From a virus (Duplodnaviria; Caudoviricetes): a stretch of 33,347 nt of DNA. The notes under the pieces were generated by a model. The model worked only from the letters and a program-made list of their open reading frames with translations, ran no database searches and was not told where the DNA came from. The translations under genes were made by a program, and so were the position numbers. Location: the IMG/VR virus record IMGVR_UViG_3300010362_000063, positions 1 through 33,347 of that record, one strand, 5' to 3'. Positions 23,705-31,710 of this stretch are shown here, in pieces. Position 1 is the stretch's first letter. Each line of letters begins with the position of its first letter.

Positions 23705-25124
23705 CGACCTGCCGGCGTTCCGGCGCTTCTGCGCCGCGCTGCGGATCGAGCAGGGCGGCCCGATGCTGCTCGAACCGTTCCAGCTCGCCATGCTCCGCGA
23801 CTACTTCGCCGGCGCCCGCGAGACGCTGATCCTGCTCGCCAAGAAGAACTACAAGACGACGACCCTGGCCGCGCTCGCGCTCTTCCACCTGCTGGTGACC
23901 GAGGACGCCGAGTGCGTGGTCGGCGCCACCTCGCGCGAGCAGGCCGGGATCATGTACGACCAGGCGCACGGCTTCGTGCGCCGCTCCCCCGGCCTCGAGG
24001 AGCGCGTCTCGGTCAAGCGCGGCTACCGGGAGATCCGCTCGCGCCGTGACGCGGGCCGGATCCGTGTGCTGGCCGCCGACGCCGACACCGCCGACGGCGT
24101 GATCCCGACCCTCGCCCTCGTCGACGAGCTGCACCGCGCACGGTCGGCCGGCCTCTACGCCGTGTTCCGTGACGGGCTCGGCCCCCGCGACGGGCAGATG
24201 CTGACGATCTCGACCGCCGGCGACCACGAGCTCTCCCCGCTCGGCCAGATGCGCACCGCCGCGCGCAACCTGCCCGACCGCCGCCGCCGCGGCCGCCACC
24301 TGCACGCCCGCTCGAGCGACGGCAGCTACGCCTACCACGAGTGGGCGCTCGACGACGACGACGACGAGCACGACATGCGCACGGTCAAGCTGGCGAACCC
24401 GGCCGCGATGCAGACGCTGGAGCTGCTGGCCGAGCGGCACGCGTCCCCGTCGACGCAGCCGTGGCAGTGGGCCCGGTTCGCGTGCAACAAGTGGGTGTCG
24501 GCGGAGGCGTGGTGGCTCGACCCGGACCGCTGGCGCGCCGCTGCCACCAGCGCACGCCTCGAGGATCATGATCGGATCACAATCGGCTTCGACGGCGCCC
24601 GCCGCGGCGACGCGACCGCCCTGATCGGCTGCCGGGTCGACGACGGGCTGATCCAGCCGCTCGCCGTGTGGGAGCCGCCCGTCGACGACCAGGGCCGGCC
24701 GCTGCCCGAATGGGAGACGCCCGCCGGCGAGGTCGACGCCGCGATCGCCGACGCGTTCGACCGCTACACCGTGGTGCGCGGCTACTTCGATCCGCCGCTG
24801 TGGCAGTCCGAGGTTGACGAGTGGGCGCGCACCTACGGCGACGAGGTCGTGTTCCGGTTCTCGACCGCGCGCACGAGGATGATGGCGGCGACCGAGCGGT
24901 TCCGGACCGACATGCCGGCGCACACAGGCGACGAGCTGCTGACCCGGCACGCGCTGAACGCGCAGGTCCGGGAGGTCAGGGGCGGCTACTGGCTGGCGAA
25001 GGGTGGCGCCGACTCGCCGAACAAGATCGACGCCGCGGTCGCCGCCGTGCTCGCCTACGAGGCGCGCTGCGACGCGCTGGCCGAGGCCGAGCAGGAGCGG
25101 CCACGGCAGCTGCTCACGTTCTGA
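23694..25124 (+). CDS. terL: Terminase large subunit
   Basis: LEPFQ Q-motif, AKKNYKTT Walker A variant, LVDELH Walker B, ISTAG, IGFDGA..DATA and KIDAAVA. Confidence 0.95.
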   Translation: MARSDLPAFRRFCAALRIEQGGPMLLEPFQLAMLRDYFAGARETLILLAKKNYKTTTLAALALFHLLVTEDAECVVGATSREQAGIMYDQAHGFVRRSPGLEERVSVKRGYREIRSRRDAGRIRVLAADADTADGVIPTLALVDELHRARSAGLYAVFRDGLGPRDGQMLTISTAGDHELSPLGQMRTAARNLPDRRRRGRHLHARSSDGSYAYHEWALDDDDDEHDMRTVKLANPAAMQTLELLAERHASPSTQPWQWARFACNKWVSAEAWWLDPDRWRAAATSARLEDHDRITIGFDGARRGDATALIGCRVDDGLIQPLAVWEPPVDDQGRPLPEWETPAGEVDAAIADAFDRYTVVRGYFDPPLWQSEVDEWARTYGDEVVFRFSTARTRMMAATERFRTDMPAHTGDELLTRHALNAQVREVRGGYWLAKGGADSPNKIDAAVAAVLAYEARCDALAEAEQERPRQLLTF

Positions 25125-25190
25125 CACAGGCGCCGACCGGGAATCTACGATCCAGCACGACCACCCCGACCCCGCGACCAGGGAGGACCC

Positions 25191-25325
25191 GTGAGCGACC
25201 AGGAGACGACCGAGCCGGCCGAGCAGCCGGAGGCGGAGAACGAGCAGGCCGACCCGGCCGAGGCCGGCCTCTCAGACGACGAGCTCGCCGCCGAGCGCCG
25301 CGGCGAGGGCGAGGAGGAGGCGTGA
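25191..25325 (+). CDS. Highly acidic micro-protein (44 aa, 17 D/E)
   Basis: SD GGAGG at 25182; MSDQETTEPAEQPEAENEQADPAEAGLSDDELAAERRGEGEEEA. Confidence 0.65.
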   Translation: MSDQETTEPAEQPEAENEQADPAEAGLSDDELAAERRGEGEEEA

Positions 25326-25516
25326 CCTACAGCATCTCGATCAACGGGCACAAGCAGACCTCGGGCGAGGAGGAGTCGCGCGCGTTCGAGCACGAGATCG
25401 CCGAGGCGGCGGCGGAGTTCGTCTCCGCGCTCGAGGGCGTCACCGCCGCCTCGTTCAGCGGCGGCACGGTGGGTACGCGCGACCTGCTCGCGCCGGCGGC
25501 GGCCGAGGAGGCCTAA
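25322..25516 (+). CDS. Small acidic protein (64 aa)
   Basis: GTGA coupled, SD GAGGAGG; MTYSISINGHKQ... Confidence 0.65.
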   Translation: MTYSISINGHKQTSGEEESRAFEHEIAEAAAEFVSALEGVTAASFSGGTVGTRDLLAPAAAEEA

Positions 25517-25522
25517 GCGGCG

Positions 25523-25822
25523 ATGGCGCCGCTGAGGGCACGGCGGCGCAAGCGGCTGCCACGGTCGGCGTTCGCCTACCCGGCGACCCGCCGCTACCCG
25601 ATCGACACGCTCGCGCGGGCCCGGAACGCGCTCGCGCGGGCGGCGCAGCCGCAGACCAGGGGCAGCTACCAGCACGTCGCCCGTGCCGTCCGCAAGCGCT
25701 ACGGCGACCGGGTCGCCTCGGTCGGGCCGCGCAAGGGCGTCCTCTCCCGGCCGGGCACGAGAAAGAGGCGCTCGAGCGGCCGCCGGCGTGCCGGCGGCCG
25801 CAAGCGCACGCGCAGGCGTTAG
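25523..25822 (+). CDS. Very basic protein (DUF6582-like)
   Basis: LPRSAFAYP..RRYPIDT..RARNALAR..Q motif plus Arg-rich tail; SD GAGGAGG. Confidence 0.7.
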   Translation: MAPLRARRRKRLPRSAFAYPATRRYPIDTLARARNALARAAQPQTRGSYQHVARAVRKRYGDRVASVGPRKGVLSRPGTRKRRSSGRRRAGGRKRTRRR

Positions 25823-26046
25823 CCGCGACGGACGAGCTTCAAGGCCGTCGCCTTCGAGACGCCGGCCGCCTCGCCGATCGCGCGCAGCGACGCACCCTCG
25901 GCGGCGGCGGCGGCCGCGCCGGCGGCGAGCTGCGCCTCCGCCGCCTCGAGCGCGGCACGCCGCCACGCGACCGCGGCCGCGAGCCGGACGAGCCGGCGGC
26001 GCTGGTCGCGCGTCAGCTCGGCAGGAGGCCGACCGCCGACGCTCAC
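25819..26046 (-). CDS. Small HTH protein, paralog-like to 8562-8765
   Basis: AEGASLRAIGEAAGVSKATALKLV; GTG 26046 coupled to the upstream TGA. Confidence 0.7.
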   Translation of the reverse strand: MSVGGRPPAELTRDQRRRLVRLAAAVAWRRAALEAAEAQLAAGAAAAAAEGASLRAIGEAAGVSKATALKLVRRG

Positions 26047-26297
26047 AGCTGCTCGCCCCCGTGAAACCAGCAGGCCGGATCGCGCTCGACGAGGCCGCCG
26101 CCGCCGATGCCCCAGACGCATGAGCACTTCGGCCGCCAGCCGCAGAAGCGGCAGCGCGGGCCCGGGTTGTCGTCGGCGTAGTCCATGACCGCGAGTCGCC
26201 GGTCGCAGGACCGGCAGGCGAGGCGCGTGGCCCGTGCGCGCATGGTCGCTCGGGCCTTCGCGGTCGCCGCCTGGCCGCCCGGACGTTCGCGCGCCAT
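26043..26297 (-). CDS. Cys-rich Zn-finger protein (84 aa)
   Basis: CRSC...CRFCGW..CSC...DPACWFHG; TGATG coupling. Confidence 0.65.
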   Translation of the reverse strand: MARERPGGQAATAKARATMRARATRLACRSCDRRLAVMDYADDNPGPRCRFCGWRPKCSCVWGIGGGGLVERDPACWFHGGEQL

Positions 26298-27166
26298 CAG
26301 GCCTCCCCCCACGACCCGGCCGTGCCGGGCGGACGGCCGGCCTCGGCAGGCGCGTCGTCGAACGAATAGGCGTGCTCGCAGTCGGGCGGGCACGCGCCCG
26401 CCTCGTGCACCTCGCACAGGGTCGCCATCACGCCGGCGCCGGCGACCTCGCCGGCCGCCGCGCGCAGAACGCCGGCGACCTCGCGCAGGCGGTCGACGTC
26501 AACGTGCTCGCCCTCGTCGATACCGGCGAGCAACTCGCAGGCGTCGGCGGCGTCGGCGGTCGCGCGCGCGTCGGGCCGCGGCCGCTTGTCCTCGCCGAAG
26601 TACAGGGTCGAGACGGCGTCGACGACACGCTGGCGCGCGTCGAGGCGAGCCTCGACCGGGCGGTCCTCGCCGGCGACCTGCGCCGCCAACAGCGCGTGCC
26701 GCCAGAGCGCCTCGGCGAGGTCACGGTCCTCGCCGAACCCGGGCAAGTGGAGACGGTCGAGATCGGCCTCGATCGCGTCGACGTCGGCCGACCGCAGCGA
26801 CACGTCGGACCCGCCGGCCTCGACCATGACCGGGACGTCGACCGGCTGCAGATGGCCGAAGGCCGGCTCGCTCGAAGCGGTCGTCGCCGGCGGCTCGACG
26901 CCGGCCGGTGGCTCCGGGTCGCCGCGCAGCGCGTAGTCGGCCGGATGGCCGACCGCCAGATCGGTCAAAGCGGTCGGCGCCGGCGGAGCCGGCGCGCGCC
27001 GGACCTCGGCCTGGTCGCGCCAGACCTCACGACCGTCGGCCAGCGCGACCCGGTACCGCGGCGGCCAGCCCCGGAAGGCCGGCTCGATCTCGGTCACCGC
27101 GCAGATGCCGTGGCCGACCACGCACACGCGGTCGCCGACGGCGAAACGGGAATCGGACTGGGACAT
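26297..27166 (-). CDS. Protein with N-terminal CarD/TRCF-RID-like (Tudor) domain (289 aa)
   Basis: SD AAGGAGG; FAVGDRVCVVGHGICAVTEIE resembles CarD F.VGD.VVYP.HG...I..IE. Confidence 0.6.
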   Translation of the reverse strand: MSQSDSRFAVGDRVCVVGHGICAVTEIEPAFRGWPPRYRVALADGREVWRDQAEVRRAPAPPAPTALTDLAVGHPADYALRGDPEPPAGVEPPATTASSEPAFGHLQPVDVPVMVEAGGSDVSLRSADVDAIEADLDRLHLPGFGEDRDLAEALWRHALLAAQVAGEDRPVEARLDARQRVVDAVSTLYFGEDKRPRPDARATADAADACELLAGIDEGEHVDVDRLREVAGVLRAAAGEVAGAGVMATLCEVHEAGACPPDCEHAYSFDDAPAEAGRPPGTAGSWGEA

Positions 27167-27203
27167 GGAAACCTCCTTGCTGGACAAAACGAACACGACC
27201 ACC

Positions 27204-27232
27204 ACGGTACCAGCAATCGGACACGACCGAAA
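27204..27232 (-). promoter_or_regulatory. Leftward promoter of the CarD-like operon
   Basis: -35 TTTCGG, 17 bp, -10 TACCGT in an AT-richer gap; TCGG-N6-CCGA palindrome in the spacer. Confidence 0.5.
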
Positions 27233-27288
27233 CCGAAACCGGCGCTCTTCACAAACTCTTAGCGGCCGGCGCCGGCCGGGGCCGGCGG

Positions 27289-27317
27289 TCGACGCCGACA
27301 CGCGCCCGCTCTACCAT
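27289..27317 (+). promoter_or_regulatory. Portal promoter, probably giving a leaderless mRNA
   Basis: TCGACG-17bp-TACCAT, 7 nt before GTG 27325; no SD. Confidence 0.5.
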
Positions 27318-27324
27318 TCACGGC

Positions 27325-28740
27325 GTGAGCGTCCTCGTGCCCGAGCCGACGGCCGCCGACCTCGACGAGCTCGACGAGCTGCAACTACTCGAGGCGCAGC
27401 GCGATCGGCTGCTCGCCCGGCTCCGGCTGCAGCGCGAGCATGGCCTCGACATGTACGCCTGGTACGAGGCGACCCAGGAGCCGCCCGGGCAGCCGATCGA
27501 CCCGTCGTTCGGCTACGGCACCGCGTTCGTCCGGCTGCGCGAGATGGCCCGCGGCGCCTGGGCGCGCCTGGTCGTCGACACGATCGCCGAGCGGCTCGCC
27601 GTCCAGGGTGTCCGCTCGACGGTCGGCGAACAGGCCGACCGGCAGGCGTGGGAGCTGCTGCAGGCCAACCGGATCGACGCCGACCAGGCCGACGTCCACC
27701 GCGAAGCGTTCATCATGGGCGTCAGCTACGTGTCGGTCGCCGGCTCAGGCGAGAACGTGCGGCTGACCCCGGAGACGGCGCTCGAGGTCACGCACGAGCA
27801 CGAACCCGGCGACCGCCGCTCGGTCGCCGCGGCGCTCAAGGTCTATCCGGTCGACCGCACCGTGTGGGCGGCCGAGCTCTACACCCCGGCCAGGGTCGCC
27901 GTCTGGACCGCCGAATACCGCGACGCGGAGCGCTCCCCGTTCTCCGAGCGCGCCCGGCCAGTGTGGGACGACGAGCCCGCCGTCAGCTCGAACACGCTCG
28001 GCGTCGTCCCGTTCGTGCCGTTCGAGAACAGGCCGACCGCGGCGACCGCCGGCGAATCGGAGTTGCGCGAGCTGGTGCCGATCATGCAGCGCATCCAGGA
28101 GCTCGAATTGGCGAAGCTGGTCGCCGCGCACACGGCCGTGTTCCGGCAGAAGTGGGCGACCGGGCTCGAGGTGCCACGCGACCCGGAAACCGGCCGGCCG
28201 GTCGAGCCGTTCAAACAGTCGGTCACCAGGCTCTGGGTCTCGGAGGACGACAAGACGAGGTTCGGCACGTTCGAGGCGACCGAGATCGCCCAGTACCTGC
28301 GCGCGATCGACGCCGAGATCGCCGAGCTGGCCGCGATCAGCCGCGTCCCGTCCTACTACCTGGTGCAGACCGAGCTTGCGAACCCGCCGTCGGCGGAATC
28401 GCTGATCGCGGCCGAGGCCGGCCTCGTAGCGAAGTGCGTCGACCGGATCGGGTCGCTCGGCGAGTCGTGGGAGCAGGTCGTCCGGATCGGGGCGCGCGCG
28501 GCCGGCGCCGACGAGCTCGCCGGCGACGTCGGCCTCGAATCGGTGTGGCGCTCACCCGAGCGGCGCAACCCGGCCGTGCTCGCTGACGCGGCGACGAAGA
28601 TGCAGGCGGTCGGGATCCCGCGCTCGGAGCTGTGGGCGTTCCTCGGCTACAGCCCGCAGGCGATCGACCGGATGCGCGTCGAGGCCGCCGGCGAGCAGCT
28701 GGCAGCGGCCGCGCTCGCGCCGACGCCGGCGACGCCGTGA
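27325..28740 (+). CDS. Portal protein (SPP1 gp6-like, 471 aa)
   Basis: WARLVVDTIAERL.V.G, WQAN-like segment, GVSYVSV, NTLGVVPFVPFENR, GESEL, FRQKWATG, PSAESL.AAEAGLV.K. Confidence 0.93.
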   Translation: MSVLVPEPTAADLDELDELQLLEAQRDRLLARLRLQREHGLDMYAWYEATQEPPGQPIDPSFGYGTAFVRLREMARGAWARLVVDTIAERLAVQGVRSTVGEQADRQAWELLQANRIDADQADVHREAFIMGVSYVSVAGSGENVRLTPETALEVTHEHEPGDRRSVAAALKVYPVDRTVWAAELYTPARVAVWTAEYRDAERSPFSERARPVWDDEPAVSSNTLGVVPFVPFENRPTAATAGESELRELVPIMQRIQELELAKLVAAHTAVFRQKWATGLEVPRDPETGRPVEPFKQSVTRLWVSEDDKTRFGTFEATEIAQYLRAIDAEIAELAAISRVPSYYLVQTELANPPSAESLIAAEAGLVAKCVDRIGSLGESWEQVVRIGARAAGADELAGDVGLESVWRSPERRNPAVLADAATKMQAVGIPRSELWAFLGYSPQAIDRMRVEAAGEQLAAAALAPTPATP

Positions 28741-28820
28741 GGATCCTGCTCGCCCCGTACCTGCTGCTGAAGCGGGCGTGGCTGCGCAGGCGGCTGCGGC
28801 GCCTCGAGCACGGCCGGTGA
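28737..28820 (+). CDS. Cationic amphipathic peptide (27 aa)
   Basis: MRILLAPYLLLKRAWLRRRLRRLEHGR, GTGA-coupled to the portal and to the next gene. Confidence 0.55.
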   Translation: MRILLAPYLLLKRAWLRRRLRRLEHGR

Positions 28821-29455
28821 CGCCGCTCGACGAGCGGCACCGGCTCGCGCAGCGGCTGCTCAGCGCCCAGGTCGACCGGGCGCTCGCCGGCCTCGTCGAC
28901 CAGCTGGACACGCTGTCGGAGGCGGAGCTCGCCGCCTACCATGACGCCGCCTACCCGATCGTCGCCGGCGGCCAACGGCAGGCCGCCACCTACGGCGCCG
29001 GCTACGGGCTCGAGCTCACCCGGCAACCCGGCGTCCAGCCGACCGCGCTCGAGCTCGCCGGCGCGCTCCAGCGCTCCGGCGTGATGGTCACCCCGGAGAG
29101 CCGGTCGCTGGTCGCCCCGGTGCTGCGCACGCGCCGGCTGGTGAACGAGGGCGCGACGCTCGGCGAGGCGAAACAGCAGGCCGCCACCTACGCCGCCGAG
29201 CTCGCCTCCGGCGACCTGAACGCGGCGCAGCGGGTCGGGATCGACGAGGGCGCAGCAGCCGGTGGCGCCGACGTCGCCGGCTACCGCAAAGAGACCGGCG
29301 GCGACGCGTGCGACTGGTGCCGGGGGGTCGCCGACGACCGCCTCTACAGCTCGGCCGACTCGGTCCCGTTCCATGCGCACGACCGCTGCTCGGTGTCGGT
29401 CGTCCTCGACCGCGACCGGCCACCAGCGGCGGGCGACGCCGACATTCCGTTCTGA
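28817..29455 (+). CDS. Minor head protein (Mu gpF / SPP1 gp7-like)
   Basis: Follows the portal; GYRK....ACDWC....Y.....PFHAHDRCSV. Confidence 0.75.
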   Translation: MTPLDERHRLAQRLLSAQVDRALAGLVDQLDTLSEAELAAYHDAAYPIVAGGQRQAATYGAGYGLELTRQPGVQPTALELAGALQRSGVMVTPESRSLVAPVLRTRRLVNEGATLGEAKQQAATYAAELASGDLNAAQRVGIDEGAAAGGADVAGYRKETGGDACDWCRGVADDRLYSSADSVPFHAHDRCSVSVVLDRDRPPAAGDADIPF

Positions 29456-29554
29456 CCCGTCCGGGGGCTGCTTCTACACTTCGGCTGGTGGCCAGGGGCT
29501 TCGAGGCCTCGCCCCTGGGCACCTCGTCGAATCCGACCGATCGGAGGCCTCACC

Positions 29555-29683
29555 ATGACCGAGCCGACCCCGGAGCCGCAGCCGCCAGACGGCGACGACC
29601 AGGAGCTCGGGCCGCCGCCGCCGCTGCCACCTGACGCCGACCAGCCACCCCCCGGCGACGGCGACGAGGACGAGACGCGATGA
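29555..29683 (+). CDS. Acidic Pro-rich micro-protein (42 aa)
   Basis: SD GGAGG at 29543; ATGA-coupled to the endolysin. Confidence 0.6.
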   Translation: MTEPTPEPQPPDGDDQELGPPPPLPPDADQPPPGDGDEDETR

Positions 29684-30828
29684 CGGCCGCGGGCCCGGCG
29701 TTCTACCGTGACCTGTGGGGGCCGGCATATGACCCGCACGACCGCTACCCGATGAGCGGCGACGACGTCGTCGCGGTCAAGCGCGTCCTCTCGAGGGCCG
29801 GGTATCTGCCGTGGACGCAGTTCACGAACACGTACGGCCCCGACACGGAGAAGGCGTGTGCCGCCTTCCAGGCCGACGTCGGCATCCGCGGCGACGGCGG
29901 CGGCCCGCCCCGGGGCCACTACGGCTCCAAAACGCACGAGGAGCTGCGCGCGGCGTTGCGCGCGGGCGGGTCGGGCGAGTGGGCGTGGGACGACTACTCG
30001 ACCCAGCTTTACCGGCAGGCGATCGTCCCCAACACGCCCCCGTCGTTCGCGTTCGCGCGCGACCTCTGGGGCCCCGGCTACGACCCGCACGAGCGCTATC
30101 CGATGAGCGGCGACGACTGCCTGGCGGTCAAGCGGGCGCTCTCACGGGCCGGCTTCATCGGCTGGCAGCAGTTCACGAACGTGTACGGCACGCAGGCCGA
30201 GGACGGCTGCCGGGCGTTCCAGCAGGCGGTCGGGATCAAAGGCGACGGCGGCGGCCCGCCCCGCGGCCACTACGGCGCCTCGACGCACAAGAAGCTGCTG
30301 CAGGCGAAGGCCGCCAACAAGGATCACCAGTGGGCGTTCGACGACTACTCGATCCAGCTCTACAAGGGCTACCGGGCGCCGTCCGCGCCAACGGGGTCGA
30401 AGCGCGACACGATCGTCTCGACCGCCAAGCTCGGCGTCTCGAAGGCCCCCCAGATCCACTACACCCAGGACTCCAGGCGCATGCAGGGCGTCCGTGAGCA
30501 GATCCGCCCCCAGGCGGTGCCCAGCTGGGAGGACTGCTCGAGCTTCGCCACCTGGACCTACTGGGTGGCCGGCGCCCCCGACCCGAACGGCCGCGGCTAC
30601 GACGGCTACGGGTACACCGGCACCCTCGTCGAGAACGGGAAGCGGATCCCGGTCGGCTCGGCGCAGCCGGGCGACCTGATCTTCTACGGCACCGGCTGGG
30701 GATCGACCAGCCACGTCGTCATCTGCATCGGCGGCGGCCGCTGCGTCAGCCACGGCTCCGAAGGCGGCCCCTACAACTCCGACATCTACTACCGGGCCGA
30801 CATCGTCGGCGCGATCAGCTACCTGTGA
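29680..30828 (+). CDS. Endolysin: two ~117-aa peptidoglycan-binding-like repeats plus NlpC/P60 peptidase
   Basis: Duplicated GDD..AVKR.LSRAG..YG..T/AE....AFQ..VGI; DCSS...QPGDLIFY...HV......SHG. Confidence 0.9.
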   Translation: MTAAGPAFYRDLWGPAYDPHDRYPMSGDDVVAVKRVLSRAGYLPWTQFTNTYGPDTEKACAAFQADVGIRGDGGGPPRGHYGSKTHEELRAALRAGGSGEWAWDDYSTQLYRQAIVPNTPPSFAFARDLWGPGYDPHERYPMSGDDCLAVKRALSRAGFIGWQQFTNVYGTQAEDGCRAFQQAVGIKGDGGGPPRGHYGASTHKKLLQAKAANKDHQWAFDDYSIQLYKGYRAPSAPTGSKRDTIVSTAKLGVSKAPQIHYTQDSRRMQGVREQIRPQAVPSWEDCSSFATWTYWVAGAPDPNGRGYDGYGYTGTLVENGKRIPVGSAQPGDLIFYGTGWGSTSHVVICIGGGRCVSHGSEGGPYNSDIYYRADIVGAISYL

Positions 30829-31112
30829 CCGACGAGCGCCGGGGCGAGCTGGGGCAGGCGCTCGGCTGGGTGGCGATCCTGCTCGCGATCGGGCTCGCGA
30901 CCGCGCTGAACATGATCACGTTCGCCGTCCTGTATGTCGCCGTGTTCGGAAGCTCGGACGTCCCCGGCGGCCTGTCCGAGAACGCGACCCAGGTGCTGAC
31001 CGGATGGGGCGGCGGGATCGTCGGCATCCTCGGCGCGTTCGTCGGCTACCGGCTCGGCGCCACGTCACGCAGTAGCGTTCCCGGAACCGACGAGGAGGCT
31101 TTCGATGGCTAA
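30825..31112 (+). CDS. Putative holin (2 TM)
   Basis: Two hydrophobic segments; coupled to the endolysin. Confidence 0.65.
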   Translation: MTDERRGELGQALGWVAILLAIGLATALNMITFAVLYVAVFGSSDVPGGLSENATQVLTGWGGGIVGILGAFVGYRLGATSRSSVPGTDEEAFDG

Positions 31113-31710
31113 CGACGACGACCGCCACGACGACCAGCACGACGACGACGACCAGCACGACGACGACGACGACCGCGACGGCGGCGACGGCGGCGACCAG
31201 GGGCCCGCGACGCTCGAGGCGGCCCGCGACCGGATCGGCGTCCTCGACCGCGAGCTGGCCGAGACGAGACGCGAGTCGATCAAGCGCCGCGACCGGATCA
31301 AGAAACTCGAAGGGGAGCTCGCCAAGCTGCGCGAGCAGGGGATGGGTGACCAGGAGCGCGCCGTCGAGCAGGCCCGCCGCGAGGAGCGCGAGAAGCTCGA
31401 GGGTGAGCATCGCGCCGACCGTGTCCGCTCGGCCGTGCTGCTGGCGGCGGCGACGAAGCTGCGCGACCCGCAGGACGCCGTCCGCTACATCGACCTCGCG
31501 GAGCTCGCCGAGCACGACGACGGCCAGCTCGACAAGCAGGCGGCGAAGGCCGTCGACGAGCTCGTCGCCGACAAGGACTACCTGGCCGCCGACGGCGACG
31601 AGGGGCAGTCCGGGGCGCGCTCACCGGGCCCCCGGAGCCGGCAGCCGGCCGGGTCGAGGCAGTCGAGCTCCGACGTCAACGCGCGCATCCGCAAGAGCCT
31701 CCGCCGCTGA
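31105..31710 (+). CDS. Capsid scaffolding protein
   Basis: Acidic low-complexity N-terminus, coiled coil, LRDPQDAV...LV..K.YLA, ending SDVNARIR. Confidence 0.85.
   Translation: MANDDDRHDDQHDDDDQHDDDDDRDGGDGGDQGPATLEAARDRIGVLDRELAETRRESIKRRDRIKKLEGELAKLREQGMGDQERAVEQARREEREKLEGEHRADRVRSAVLLAAATKLRDPQDAVRYIDLAELAEHDDGQLDKQAAKAVDELVADKDYLAADGDEGQSGARSPGPRSRQPAGSRQSSSDVNARIRKSLRR

Noticed and set aside
21304-25127. Long minus-strand ORFs (694 aa, 610 aa) and similar shadow ORFs elsewhere
   Set aside because: Antisense shadows of GC3-rich real genes; no motifs or SDs.
31113-31200. GAC-rich tandem repeats as a functional DNA element
   Set aside because: They encode the acidic disordered N-terminus typical of scaffold proteins.
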